Shown here in pieces: positions 44,101 through 54,800 of a stretch of 64,000 nucleotides of DNA (the first letter of the stretch is position 1; each line of letters opens with the position of its first letter). The notes beneath the pieces are model-generated. The model saw only the letters and a list, made by a program, of their open reading frames with translations. It did no database searches and had not been told where the DNA came from. The position numbers were made by a program, and so were the translations under genes. The stretch comes from a virus, in the IMG/VR virus record IMGVR_UViG_3300043773_000401, positions 1-64,000 of that record. One strand, written 5' to 3'.

Positions 44101-45852
44101 AGATACACCAGCAAAAAACTTTTCATCTATAGATTTTAATTTTTTATATTCATATCCTAATTCATTACCAGCAAATCTTACCATGTCTAGTACTACAGAT
44201 CCAAAGTCAGAAAAGAATTCTGCAGCACCTGGAGTATTTAAGTAATCAACATTTGTATTATTATGATATTGTGGAAGAGCCGGATTAAAATCAGTAGTTA
44301 CAATAGCTTCTACTGCTTCTATTTCTTTTTCAGCTTTAAAAGATGTATCATAATCTTTTTCAGTACTTACTTCTAATTTTCCTGTTTCTGCATTTTTTAC
44401 ACCCTTTTCTGATATTATGAGTTTAATTACTTTTCTTACTTCTTCTTCTGCTGATTCTAAACCTTTTTCTATTCTCCTTCTTTTATTTTCCTCTATAGTT
44501 TTTTCTACATCAGCATAAAGTTTAGATCTTTCTTCTGGTGTAAGTACTTTATTAGGATCTACTTTTGGTAAACCTGTGATATTACTAAAAACAGCTTTTG
44601 CATCTTTTTCTGCTTCTCCACTTGCATACTTCTTTAAGTAATTATTTAATGCTTTTATATCATTTTTAACTGTATTTTTGAAGCCTTCTCTTTGATTATT
44701 AAAAGGATATTGTTCTGATGTGGATGCTACAGATGGTTTAATATTTACAACTATATCATAGGGAATATTTTCCCAATCTCTAAAACTAAAAGATGTTTCA
44801 AACTGATATATTCCTGAAGATAATATTTTATGACTAGGGTATTCTTTTTTTTCAGTACTCATGTAAAGATCAGCAGTACCCCATGAAAATTCTAATTTAG
44901 AAAATAATGGAGGTAGTACTTCTTCAGTTATATTTTTACCTAGTGGAAGAACTTTAGTATTTGTTTTATCTCCTTTAACCCAAGTAAAGTTAACATTAAG
45001 ATCACCTATTAAAGGTTTATCTAATATATCAAATCTTTCATATGGTGTTGATGAATACTCTCCTGGAAAATCAATAGATCTTTTTACTCCTTCTGCTGTA
45101 GTATATGATTCTGGTATTTTTACTTCAACAAAACTACCATTAGGTTCTGTTGTTTGTTCTGTTGTAATTAAAAAATCATCATTATAAAGTTGTATAGCTG
45201 TAGCATTGATAGATGTTTTAATACCATCTCTTATTGTAACTACTCTAACATATTCTGAACCAAGTAAAAATTGTACTTTTGCTAATCCAAATCCACCACT
45301 TCTTTCTGAAACATCAAGACCTTCTTTATTAGTTCCACCTATAGATAAAAATGCATTTTTAACAATGTCAGGTGTCATACCTATACCATCATCTTGAATA
45401 GATATTGTCCTGTTATTATAATCTACTGTAATATTGAGATTCCCAGTTGTTGTATTTCCAGTAATATTCATTCTTGCCTTAATTGCATCAAAACTATTTT
45501 GTAATAATTCTTTTATAGCAACTTGGGCTAATGGTTTATTATACATAGTTGGACCTAAAAGCATTAATAACTGTTGTTTATTAACTCCTATAGATCCTTT
45601 TTCAGATTGCATTAACTCTCCAGTAAGACCACCTAATTTTGATATATCTTGTATTTGAGGTTTTGCAAAAGCTATAACCTCTGGCATTTTTGTAAGTACC
45701 TTAGCTACAACATCTTCTGGGTTTCTAAAAGTACCATACTCTAGATAATCTCTTTTTGCTTCAAATTCTGCAGTAATAACACCAGCATCCTTAAGTGCTT
45801 GAACTATAGCTATATAGTCTGGGTTAGATGTATTTATACAATCTCTTCTCAT
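38116..45852 (-). CDS. Giant virion-ejected polyvalent protein with GHKL ATPase and two zincin motifs
   Basis: KELLQNSFDA/QDDGIGM/GGFGLA; HEINH; HEFSH; long helical C-terminus; start probably 45852 (TAATG overlap) rather than 45870. Confidence 0.8.
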   Translation of the reverse strand: MRRDCINTSNPDYIAIVQALKDAGVITAEFEAKRDYLEYGTFRNPEDVVAKVLTKMPEVIAFAKPQIQDISKLGGLTGELMQSEKGSIGVNKQQLLMLLGPTMYNKPLAQVAIKELLQNSFDAIKARMNITGNTTTGNLNITVDYNNRTISIQDDGIGMTPDIVKNAFLSIGGTNKEGLDVSERSGGFGLAKVQFLLGSEYVRVVTIRDGIKTSINATAIQLYNDDFLITTEQTTEPNGSFVEVKIPESYTTAEGVKRSIDFPGEYSSTPYERFDILDKPLIGDLNVNFTWVKGDKTNTKVLPLGKNITEEVLPPLFSKLEFSWGTADLYMSTEKKEYPSHKILSSGIYQFETSFSFRDWENIPYDIVVNIKPSVASTSEQYPFNNQREGFKNTVKNDIKALNNYLKKYASGEAEKDAKAVFSNITGLPKVDPNKVLTPEERSKLYADVEKTIEENKRRRIEKGLESAEEEVRKVIKLIISEKGVKNAETGKLEVSTEKDYDTSFKAEKEIEAVEAIVTTDFNPALPQYHNNTNVDYLNTPGAAEFFSDFGSVVLDMVRFAGNELGYEYKKLKSIDEKFFAGVSIDKQYAGIHIRKIINAIFVNPLAFDVKSLEEAVGVALHVTIHEINHTTVSGEGANFTTALGILYGKIYGTGKYALYEGLFRSVYKKHFDTFVKLKIEYDKSNTRNLSESFEGDEVKRDTSRDIQRDVDDVSTRQTAEERYRRDQEDNKKDKTGDVILSKLEQANQVVESIEEVALITNPERSNNPDVGETSVKTAEVVDNANATANLTQLAEMLMVNLGVNYELVTAERAKQMLGDKYNGEPAFYYGDTVFFVGERLTMEMVFHEFSHPLVRAIRKGNPQLFENLYDSLEANSPDIIDYVKTEYQELVEGTPAFMEEVIVTALGRMATLKSQNAPIEKGFAKVIKDILAAIKKMLRQLFGKVNVSTLDVDTSLDTLANMLVEGNRFALSQLTAETDTEAMFFKNTEQEVEELTRLVDRRTKNSTAQQAANIVYERTRRHIQELRFNKDYKEIAKLFRDQFGEAQYSIITKNLSKYQNLLEDKLEEIENDVTQAKNRADAVINTLVQIEIMAEKLDNYFNTDFDSVDNKDTLAKIMNYNKIIMSWENMITELKEVMRNAEYTVDGVTKRLSDKNATYDLVIRIGEKVGRIKERVNEIVTETTSETYEEILGPIQEAIDEKYKRLIDLAKSTNQPAWLIKSYEDEYANITLKDANGQIKDKIKKLLGGELNDANFLNSYLEGYMYNQDPTVFGLAKYIKDNYIDALNNAQRYYNEFATEMLPILEKLGFNPNNIRELGNILTFLDDDGFVDEKGVFQKRKVHTFLNANKNWRHDLKEWENKLEEEKLKAKSRGDYSTYRKMEAEFEKWQRKYFYEPFAREIYDLNKLFQDSIGQEAKRLKDEALNNINSLSQKVDDPNDFVEMKTIEDAWDQYNQLFSLTYPDGTDKKGADLKIAERLIEYRTKSRQYYKYVDRPGAFQAAFSSFLEKLTYELNSGKITKEQFDIKKEQWLRANSVVKIKEEFYAEKNRILNAIKILTDKINIPSDVDKEISDLYRRRANIISGNRDDNRQLNLDSLSPEALEELNQIEDQLEKLKDEKLTSNGLTKAEARDYYDLNQMSSALLTDEEIERLEMYEQKMQDFKDSGQAKNGLTDEEKLALESLFKELEDLETIKPSNYYLNQFAAQLKNIQDDPSQPFQLRTILYEIFTNDLGETITDVDKLYEKGLLDAFEKAIITPRYESEGKQLSFIQLPGNENLRAWFNKTHRVARKYDKKSKGYKKQVVRRNAYSYTEPTDNKYKESTVILDENGVEQTIYRVPSLKFKKRVENEAYANTERTVYKTIDNRGQWLPKNKEDMIAYRQAYPEEFDPSDPNEHLRYINEKYYELKEDPSKRNYFEALQKLTDFYLKYQEGLSLNAKLYLDVPRYRMGSLETFQLNGTRKTVKNIWESIKNIFTATKDGYLNGQNFEDEVVMTNMDMFDENDTRVPIDGKNYIDHEIVSLNVINSVMRYMLSGEKHKVKLKMLPFAKGIQEAVKDPNTNAPKKNKDMSRFYKSAFKNLGRMVFLNKKGENLRAKVIDNLFEREFEGVLQAGPTAEWQGLNKFSDFLFRRASMGFFALNVPSALKNNFGAQYQAFLEGVGGKYYNTKDLAKGNAWASKTMLQLSMNIYNRGPHSLELQKVEIFDPSQGRYESKMDERITRTLLKDVMNYQGVLLNTRKWLELQSALSVYGAMMYGQMVEITENGVKKMIPYMEAWVLDDKNQIKLRDGIDKEWGIGGTKYKTFINRMHDVQNKVAGGNSAFENPDAQRYLLYRFVAFLKRFITRILMSRFQFRGNVWDPMPRYNVAATDTDMGWYLEGMRNIYRLIRTQGQYRHMMDTREKLLTFRMFVEMFTLYGMIALLPFLFGYDPDDEDRYRKLREKSGPMPFLFAPEDDRYEFNLKGWLENHALLMMIQVRSENELFNPILGRRELLNMAKLESIAIGATVEKWSDAITDLYRLATGDERAFYKRDVGPYEWQKEGSPKVLKDILSTYGFTGSTLSPEEYLKTITSIRNR

Positions 45853-48800
45853 TATAGACCTGTTAAACATTTAATTATATAATCTGCCACGTCTTGGTCA
45901 GTAACCTCTATAGGGGGCTGAGCCATTGCTTTTTCCTCACCACTAAGATAATATCCTGGGTTAACATATCCAAAAGATTCGTATAGTCTTTTTGATATAT
46001 GTGTAAACAACTCTCTGTTATACTTATTAGGTGAGTCTTTAAGATAAGTGCCGTACCCTTCTGGGTTTAGATTAACTACTGCTCCTGCTTTGTTTAGGTT
46101 TACTAACTTATCTATATCCTCATCAATTAATCCTTTAGCTTTTTCTAATGATTCGGTACTAGATATCTTATAAGAGTATGCTGGTAAACTAACTTCTTCT
46201 ATTATAGGAGTTTCAGTTACAGTTACATCTGTAAATTCTGATACATCTGATAAATCTTTTTCTGGTTTATAAAGTTTAGATACATCAAATCCTAATTCAG
46301 CCAACCTTTGTTCATTCTCAGAACCTTTTTCAAGATTTGTTCCAATACTTAATAAACCTTTCTTAAATTGAGTACGGTCTATTCTTCTACCACTTGTTAA
46401 GTCCTCTATATTACCTGTTGACTCAATTAAATAGAATTTAAGATTATGACCAGGTATGATAACTTTGTAACCTACTTCATCTTCAGCTTCACGTCTTATT
46501 AAATTTCCATCATTATCTACTATTTCTCTACTTAAAGATATTTTTTCAGGGATAGGACTTATTACATAGCTTGGTACACGACCTTGAATAAATACTTGTT
46601 GGTCACGTTTTGTATTATAAGATGTCCATAGTTCTTCTGCTTTTTTCTGAAGCTCTTGTTTTTTTTCTTTAATCTCTGGAGTTATTTCAAATACTCCACC
46701 TGTTAATATTTCAATTTTTTCTCCTTTACCTTCATTATTAACAAAATAAGTATATTCTTTTTCTCCACTAAGTAATACTACTCTATAACCTAATTTAGTT
46801 TTACTAAATGATTTAAGTTCAAGTTCTGATTCTGAATCACTTTTAACAAAGTAAACTTCAATATCATCACCTTTTTCAAATAGTCTTGTATTTTCTCTTA
46901 GGTTTGTTAGTTCATTTATTGTACTATTAAGTTCTTCTATTGTATCTTTTAAAGATAATTCTTTAACTGGAGTTGTTATAACTGGTTTCTTTGCACCTGG
47001 TTTTTTAGAAAGTTCAGCTAGTTGTTCAGATTGAGTAAGACCTCTTAATGTTCTTAGTCCTAATAAATTAGCTTTAGATAGTTTAGTCCAGTTTTTAGGA
47101 TCTACTAGTGTATTATCCCATTGACCTTCAGGTCTAGCTTTAGATGTAGGTACTACTGATGAGTTTACTAAGTAATAGTTATTTACATTAGCTGATATAG
47201 CTTTAGCAGTTTCTACTGCTTTGTTTGGATCAAAATAGAATAAGTTTACATTATTCTTTCCTGGGATCGGAGTAGTTTGTACTTCTGCAGTTACTATTGC
47301 TGTAGGTTGATCTAGTCCTCTTAGAATAGATGCTGCCTGTTGACCAAAGATTCTATAGTCTCTTAAACGGTCTCTCTTTTCAATGTTAGTATATGCATTA
47401 ACTCTATTAAACTTATCAAAGTATAGCTTTAACATTTCTTCATTTAGATTCTTAGAGTAGAATGCTATAGGTTTCTCTAGTATTTTATCAATAGCTTCAG
47501 TAGGAACAATACTATTAAGTGAGAATCTAGATGCATTGTTTAACCCAGCCTGTAAGAAAGAGTATATAGGAAGCATTGTAAATACATCACTAATAAACTT
47601 ATTAGCTGCTGGATCATTAGGTACTTTAACTACTGTTGGATCTGAAAGCTTAATAATATTATTGTTGTATTTATTCTTTTCATCTTGATCTAGTGAAGCC
47701 TTGTTGATCATTATGTTCTTTATTCTTGAAGCTTCATCTCTACCAGGACCCCAGTTAGACTCAATTACATTAAGTACACTGTATGTATCTGCTAGTTCAG
47801 GATAGTTTTGTTTAATGTAGTTTAACTTGTTAGCTAATGCATGACGGCTATAGAACATGAAGTTCACATTACCTATGTTTTCTAAAGCTTTATTTCTTAA
47901 GAATACTTCATAGCCGGTAGCTAATGCTTCTTCTTGAGATCTACCAGTAGCAACTAAATCATCTACAATAATCTTATATTCAATACTTTTGTATGTACCT
48001 TCAGAATATAGTGAGTCAATAGATGGATAAATGCTTCTTAGTACTTCTCTCTCCATTACAAACTTAACATACTCTTCACTAGTAGTAATATAGTTAGCAG
48101 GGATTGTAGCTAGATTAATAGCAAGTTCTCTTTGTGTACCATCTGTTTCATCTTGCACTGTATATTTATAGTCAGCTGACTTAATATATGCTTTAGATTG
48201 AAACTCATTAACTAGCTTAGCTCTGTTTACATAAAGAACATTATCTTTTACAAATGCACCATACTGAAGATAAGGAGCATCTTTAATTGTAACATCATAA
48301 GATAGAGCTCTACTCTTATATTCCTTACCAGTAGTATTAGTATTAAGAATGGTGTTCTGAAATACAAATAACATGAAGTCATTAACAAAGTTATCCATGT
48401 AGCTCTCAACTGTAGGGAAATAACTAGAATCAACTTTATTATAAATAGTAGGATCAGCCATCTTTTTCTTTATGAAAGTCTCCATAGTTTCACTTCTCCT
48501 AAGCTTGAATAATCTAGTTACTAAAGCTCTTAATGCATCTTCAGCATTAAATGGAGATACAGGGCTATCACTTATGATTCTTTCAATAGGTCTTTGTGGT
48601 AATCTTCCACTAGCTAATAATTTCTCTATCTTAATATCTCTATTGTATAATTCAAATATTGATCCAATGTTGATAACATCAAAGTCAGTATTAGCAGATA
48701 CTTTTCTTACTGCTTCAGACATCTCCTGGATTTGTAAGTAATGCATTAAGAACATCATCTGTTGGTTAAGAACCTTATTCTTATCTGCTTTTATTTTTTC

Positions 48801-51800
48801 TTTCCAGTTATCTTCATTCTCACCTCTTTCAGTAGCTGTATCTTTAATAGTCTGTAAAAGGTTATTATTATCAAACATCTCTGCCCAGTTCTCATCCATA
48901 GAGAACATAGCTTGACCTTCATTACCTAGTGCTAGCCAATACTGTGGAGTACGTAATGACTCCATATATTGGTTGTATTTATTATTTACAGTTTTTCTGA
49001 AGATCTCTTCATTTTCATTATCTTGTATATCAATAAAACTATCTCTAAGAATATCTAGTATCTCTTTTCTTTCAGGACTAGCATAAGTAGTATTAAGTAG
49101 ATTCTGTAATAATGATACAAAGTCTCTTCCTTCACTAGCTAGAGTTCTATTAAATACATTTTTGTATATACCCTTATTCATTAGGTATGAAAATGCATTT
49201 TGATTTACTTGAGATATATTTCTAGGTATAAACTGATCTGGTACAATTGTTCTAGCATATGGACCAGTTAGAAGATCTTTAGTTCTAGTATACTCTCTGA
49301 TAAGTGGTTGTGATACAAAGTATATAGCGGTCTTTAAGTCTACACCTGCCTGTACTAAAAATAGAATAACAGGAGATACTTTTTTGTTACCTTGTAAGTA
49401 ATAGATGTAAGGATTCTTTGCAGCATCTACCCATCCATTCATAAGCTGAGATATCTGTTCTGCAATATTTCTTTCAAAGTTAGCATCAAATATTCCTGCT
49501 AATGATATTGCAGGTTGTCCATCAACCATGATAGAATTATAAGCAGGCATTAAAAGTCTTTGAGTGTAGCTAGATTTACCAGATGCACTTTGTCCAACAG
49601 GTAGTAAATACATGCCTGATGAGTTAAACTGTACATTAGTAACATTATTCTTAGCACCAATACCTAATGTTTCTTTACTTACAGAGTTTACTTCTCTCAT
49701 GTGATAGTTCACATCTGGTTCAATAATCTTAGTAGGTATAATACCTTTCTTGGCAGGCTTAGAGAACACAGTGCTCTTACTATTGAAGTTACCCATTACA
49801 AACATCTGAAGACCATCTTTCTCATCTTCAGCAAGTGGTTGTGTATAGTAAGTATCATTAGGAGTAATAAGCTTAGTATAACTATCTTTGCTAAGAAGAA
49901 TTTCTCTCATAGCTTTAATCAAGTCATTCTGTATACCATTATAAGAATACTGATCAATCTTAGTTCTTACTTCTTCTAGTGAATCTAAGATTGGTTTTCT
50001 TGCAGCTGTCCAGGCATCTAATATATTGTTATAGTCTTTAGAACCCGTAACAATTGATTTAATAAACTTACCTTGACTAGTAATATAATCTTCAGTAAGA
50101 CTAATTAGGCTTTCATGAATACTATCTAATTCTTCATCAGTACTAGCTGTAAGTCCTCTAGTAATCAATTGCTTTTTACTGTCTTTGAATTCTTTTCTGA
50201 ATTCTTTTATCTTAGCTTTATCTTCAGGAGTGAATACATAATCAAACTTCTTAAGCTGCTCATTAAAGTCTTCATCAACTTTATCTAGTTTAGCTTTAAG
50301 ATCTTCTCTAGATTTTTGTAGGTCATCTATAGACTCAGTAATATCAACATCTTCAACTAACTTAGGAGCTCCTTTTTCCATTCTATAAGAAGGCATAAGG
50401 ATTGTAAGTTTATCAATATCAAAGTCACCACCTGATTTAGCAACTATCTCTGATGGTAGAATAATAATGTTACCTGCAGATTCTGGTAAGAACTCATATA
50501 CTTCCATAACATCCATCTGAGCAAAACCTTGAACAGGAATACGTACTCCTAATAGAGTAATCATATCTCTATTTTCTTTTAACCAGTCTTCTTGTTTAAT
50601 AAGAATATTGAGAGCTTTGAATGTAGATACATTATTTTCTTCAGCATATTTTATTACGGATGGAAGCTTAAGTAACTTCTTAAAGCTGCCAGTTAAAGCA
50701 ACTTTAATTTTCATAGCTGCTGTAGTGCCATCTTCTTTAGAGTAGTAATATGGTAAGTCATTAGTACCGGTTGTACCTTTCCATTTATTATACTCTTCTT
50801 CTGTAGGTTTACGGAATCCAGATCTTTTAAGTTCTGTAGGTTCATATCCAGAAGATGCTACTTGGATAAGAGCTTCACCATGAAGTTTAGGTTTAACTAA
50901 TCTCTTCATGATTAAAGATGCTATTGCATTTTCTATTTCAGTAGCTTGTAAAGATGCAGATAGATCACGTTGAATACCATTACCATCTGTTGTAGCTGCA
51001 ATATAGTTTACAATGTGATTAGGAAGACCTTTATTATCTAAGTGTCTTCTTATCTTAGTTACAAACTTTTCAAAATTACCATCTTTAATATCATATACTT
51101 TTTTACCATTCTCATATGAGATAGTAAAGCCAAATTCTTCAGCAAGATTCTTTTCTAATCTGGCAGCTAATTTGTTAAGTACTTTTAGATAGTTACTGTA
51201 TAATTTATATTTTTCAAACTTAAGTTTTTCATTCTCTGCTAAAGCTTCCCATTCATCTATTGTACCAGTATATCCAACAGGTACACCATTCTCCATCAAA
51301 CCTAATGGTATTAACTTCTTAAGCTGTGTAGATAAAGTTACTTTACCTTTAAACTCACTACCAGTTTCTAACTGATGTTTAAAATACTGAGGATAAACTG
51401 GATTTACTGTAAACTTATAATCAACATTAATAGTAGCTAATTGAGTTGTTTCAGTATCATAGAATTTATCATAAGCTGGTTTACCATTTTCAGTTCTAGA
51501 AGTAATAGATACCATCTTAGAACCAGATATATATGTAGAGTAGTGAACATTCTGTTCTACCATTCTATTATGGAATGATTCTAACTTAGTTCCTTTTATT
51601 ACTGCAGGGTTAAGTGGTGTTAGTGAGAACTTATGAAATCCAAATACTGGGAAACCTTCTGTTGCTAATGGTCCCCACATCTGCATTTTAAGTGTTGGGA
51701 AGAAGTAATTAAATGTCTTAGTATCTACATTCTTACCTGATAAGATAAGATCATATATACGTTGATGAGATGGTGTCCAGATACCAAGACCTTCCATAAC

Positions 51801-54800
51801 TATTCTTATACCTGGGAATGAGATATAACCTTGACCATCAGCCTCATTCATTTCTTCATAGTTCTTAAGATCTCTTTCAGCTCTTCTTTTAGCTTCCTCT
51901 AGCTCAATACCTTGTTCTAAACTTTCTTTTAGTTTAGCAGCATACATTGTATCATAGTAGATAGATCTTACATTAACATCTTCTACAATAGCTGTATTTA
52001 TAACACCATTATATGTTGGAATTGCTGCAGGTCTATTACCAGTAAATACAGGAGAATTTATATAACTTCCAATAACATTCTTATGAACATTGATATAAGT
52101 TTCAAAACCAGGATCTGTTCTCATGAAGTTTCCAGTAGACTGAATACCTGTGTTTCTTTTATGAAACTCATTCTTAGAATGATTATAGTTTATAAAATCA
52201 CCATAGAAGAAGAATACTGATTCTAAGTTATGTATTAATTGGTTAACATAGAAAGCATTTGCAATAGCTTGTTTATTTTCACTATCATTTGATATACCTA
52301 TTTGTTTACCAAATGATTGTGTACGGTATCTATTAAATAAAGTATTAGCAGTCTTATTAGATATACCACCCATTAACTTTGCTATGCCTGTGTTGAACAG
52401 ACTTAGTTTAGCATCAAAGTAGGTTAATAAATCCTCAGCTATTAGACCTTGTATATCAGCTCCTTTAGTTGCAAAGAATTTATCTACATCTGCTTGAGCT
52501 ACATTATTATCTTTGATAGCTTTTTTAATAGCTGCCATAGTATCTTCACTAAGCATATCTTTGAAGTCAACAAAGTCAGCACCTACTTCAGATATTCTTT
52601 GTCCACCAATAACAGCATTGTATTCAGTAAACCTACTTGGATTAGGATCATTATTAATAGCTGTCATATATATAATCCTACTAATCTCATTGTATACTTT
52701 AGGTAACATGATATTAGTTACATTATTTTTCCAGCTTAGATCAGTGTCATCAAGTTTACTTAAGAATCTAGCAGGGTGAATATAAAACTTATCAGTGACT
52801 ACAGAACCAGATAATTTATCTATATCTACATATAGTTTCTCGGGCCCTGTTCTATATGTACTAGACTTATCACCAGCTTGAAGAGTGCTAGTAAATCCTC
52901 TTTGCATGAATGTTTCTATATCAGATAAAATTCTTGTAGAGTTATCTGCACTAAAAGACTCAATACCCATTAAGAATATATCATGCTCATCAACTAATCT
53001 AGCACCAGATAAGTTCTCAATAACTAGTTTATTATCTCCTCTCTTATTACCGTTCTTCTCAAATAAGCTAGACATCCAAGTATGATTTTTTAACATTGGA
53101 TTTCTAGACTTATCTAAGTGTGACATGTGAGGCATGGCTAGTAACTGTGATAAGTTGCTTACAGCATTAACCGGGTTAATCATCATAGTAAGAGACATGT
53201 TCTGAGAGTGCACATACTGCATATTATTCTCAGCTGTCATAACCATAAAGGATACATTCTTACCAGAGAAATCATTCTCAATATTGGCTATCTCATTGAA
53301 TGCTGTATTCTCATCTCTAAATAAAGATGATGCTACATTCTTATCATTTATAAAACGGATAACATCTTTACTTCTATCTAGCTCTTTGTTATAACCTAGA
53401 GCTTTACCTAGAGCATATGCAATGTTTCTTAATTTCTTAGACTTACTTAGGGCATCTCTAACTTCTCTGCTATCTGTAAGGATTACACCAAAGTTATATA
53501 ATGTTTGGTATGCATCTTTAGTAAGAGCTTTTTCTATATCACTTACTGCAGGATATGCAGATCTTAAAGCATTAGTATTAAGGTATCTTCCTTGTGAGTC
53601 AATAACTATATAAGGATGTCCTGTAGATAAGTAGAAAGCATCATCTATTCTTCTCTTAGTCTGGAATACATTTCTACCAGATGTAGTCACTGTTGATTCA
53701 AATGTACCCTCAGCATTGTTATATGCTAGAGTAGTTCTGATAAGTTGAATATTAGTGATATTAAATGCACTTTGTACTACACTTAATAATGTTTGTTCAC
53801 TCTGATCAGGGCTATCAGGATTACCTAAATAGCTTAAGAACTGTCTTACTTTAGCTCCAAGTCTAGTTTTTTCTTTAGCCTTTTCATTTAAGCGGGTTAA
53901 GATATCTGTAAGACCTAAGTTGTCTTCAAGTAAGTTAGCAAAGTCAAACCAGTTATTACCTAGACTATCTAGTTTTTCAAAACCTAATTCATCAGTAACA
54001 ACATTACCAGATGCATCATAGTCATTAATGAAAGATAGAATCCTATTAATTTCTGGTGCTGCCATATCAGATAATGATTTCTCATTACCTCTTTTATCAT
54101 ATGTAGTACTTTCATCTTTTGATTCTTCTTCTAGACTTAGTTTCTCATCAGCTGTTAAGAACTTAGTCTTCATTATATAGTAAGGAACTACTCCTTTCTT
54201 AGAATCTGCAGGACTCTCTTCATTTTCACCAAAGTTCTTTACTGTCCAATCTAACAGATCAGCTTTATAGTTTAGAGCTTGTAGTTCTTTAACCTGGTCT
54301 ATAGTAAGTTTATCTGTATCTTTAAACTTAGTTTGTATCTCATATAATACTAAGTTACGGTTAGCTTGAAGTTCTGCTTTTACCCTTTTAAGTACTACAT
54401 TAAGAGACTCTTTATTAGATAAAAGTACAGTAGAAAACTTCTTAGTTTGACCAAGTAAGTTATAGCTAGCAACTAACTTAGCAATGATTGAGTTAATAGA
54501 TGTAACTATCTTTTCTGAATCTTCATAAGACAGTTCTTCTTTTTCATCTACACTTAGGTTCTCAATAGTCTTATTATAAACTAGAGCTGAGTTAGACTGA
54601 CGGAATGTATATTGATTTAGATTACCAACATACAAATTGTCATACATCTCTTTAACCATTGGTATAGAGTAAGGATCTATCATAACATCTTCTATGTTTG
54701 TACCATAGAATAATGCTGTTAAGAAATCCCATATCTTTTGGAACATTGATTTTCTAACTGGTGATTTAATAGTTCTCTTACCACCAGACATAGCAAACTT

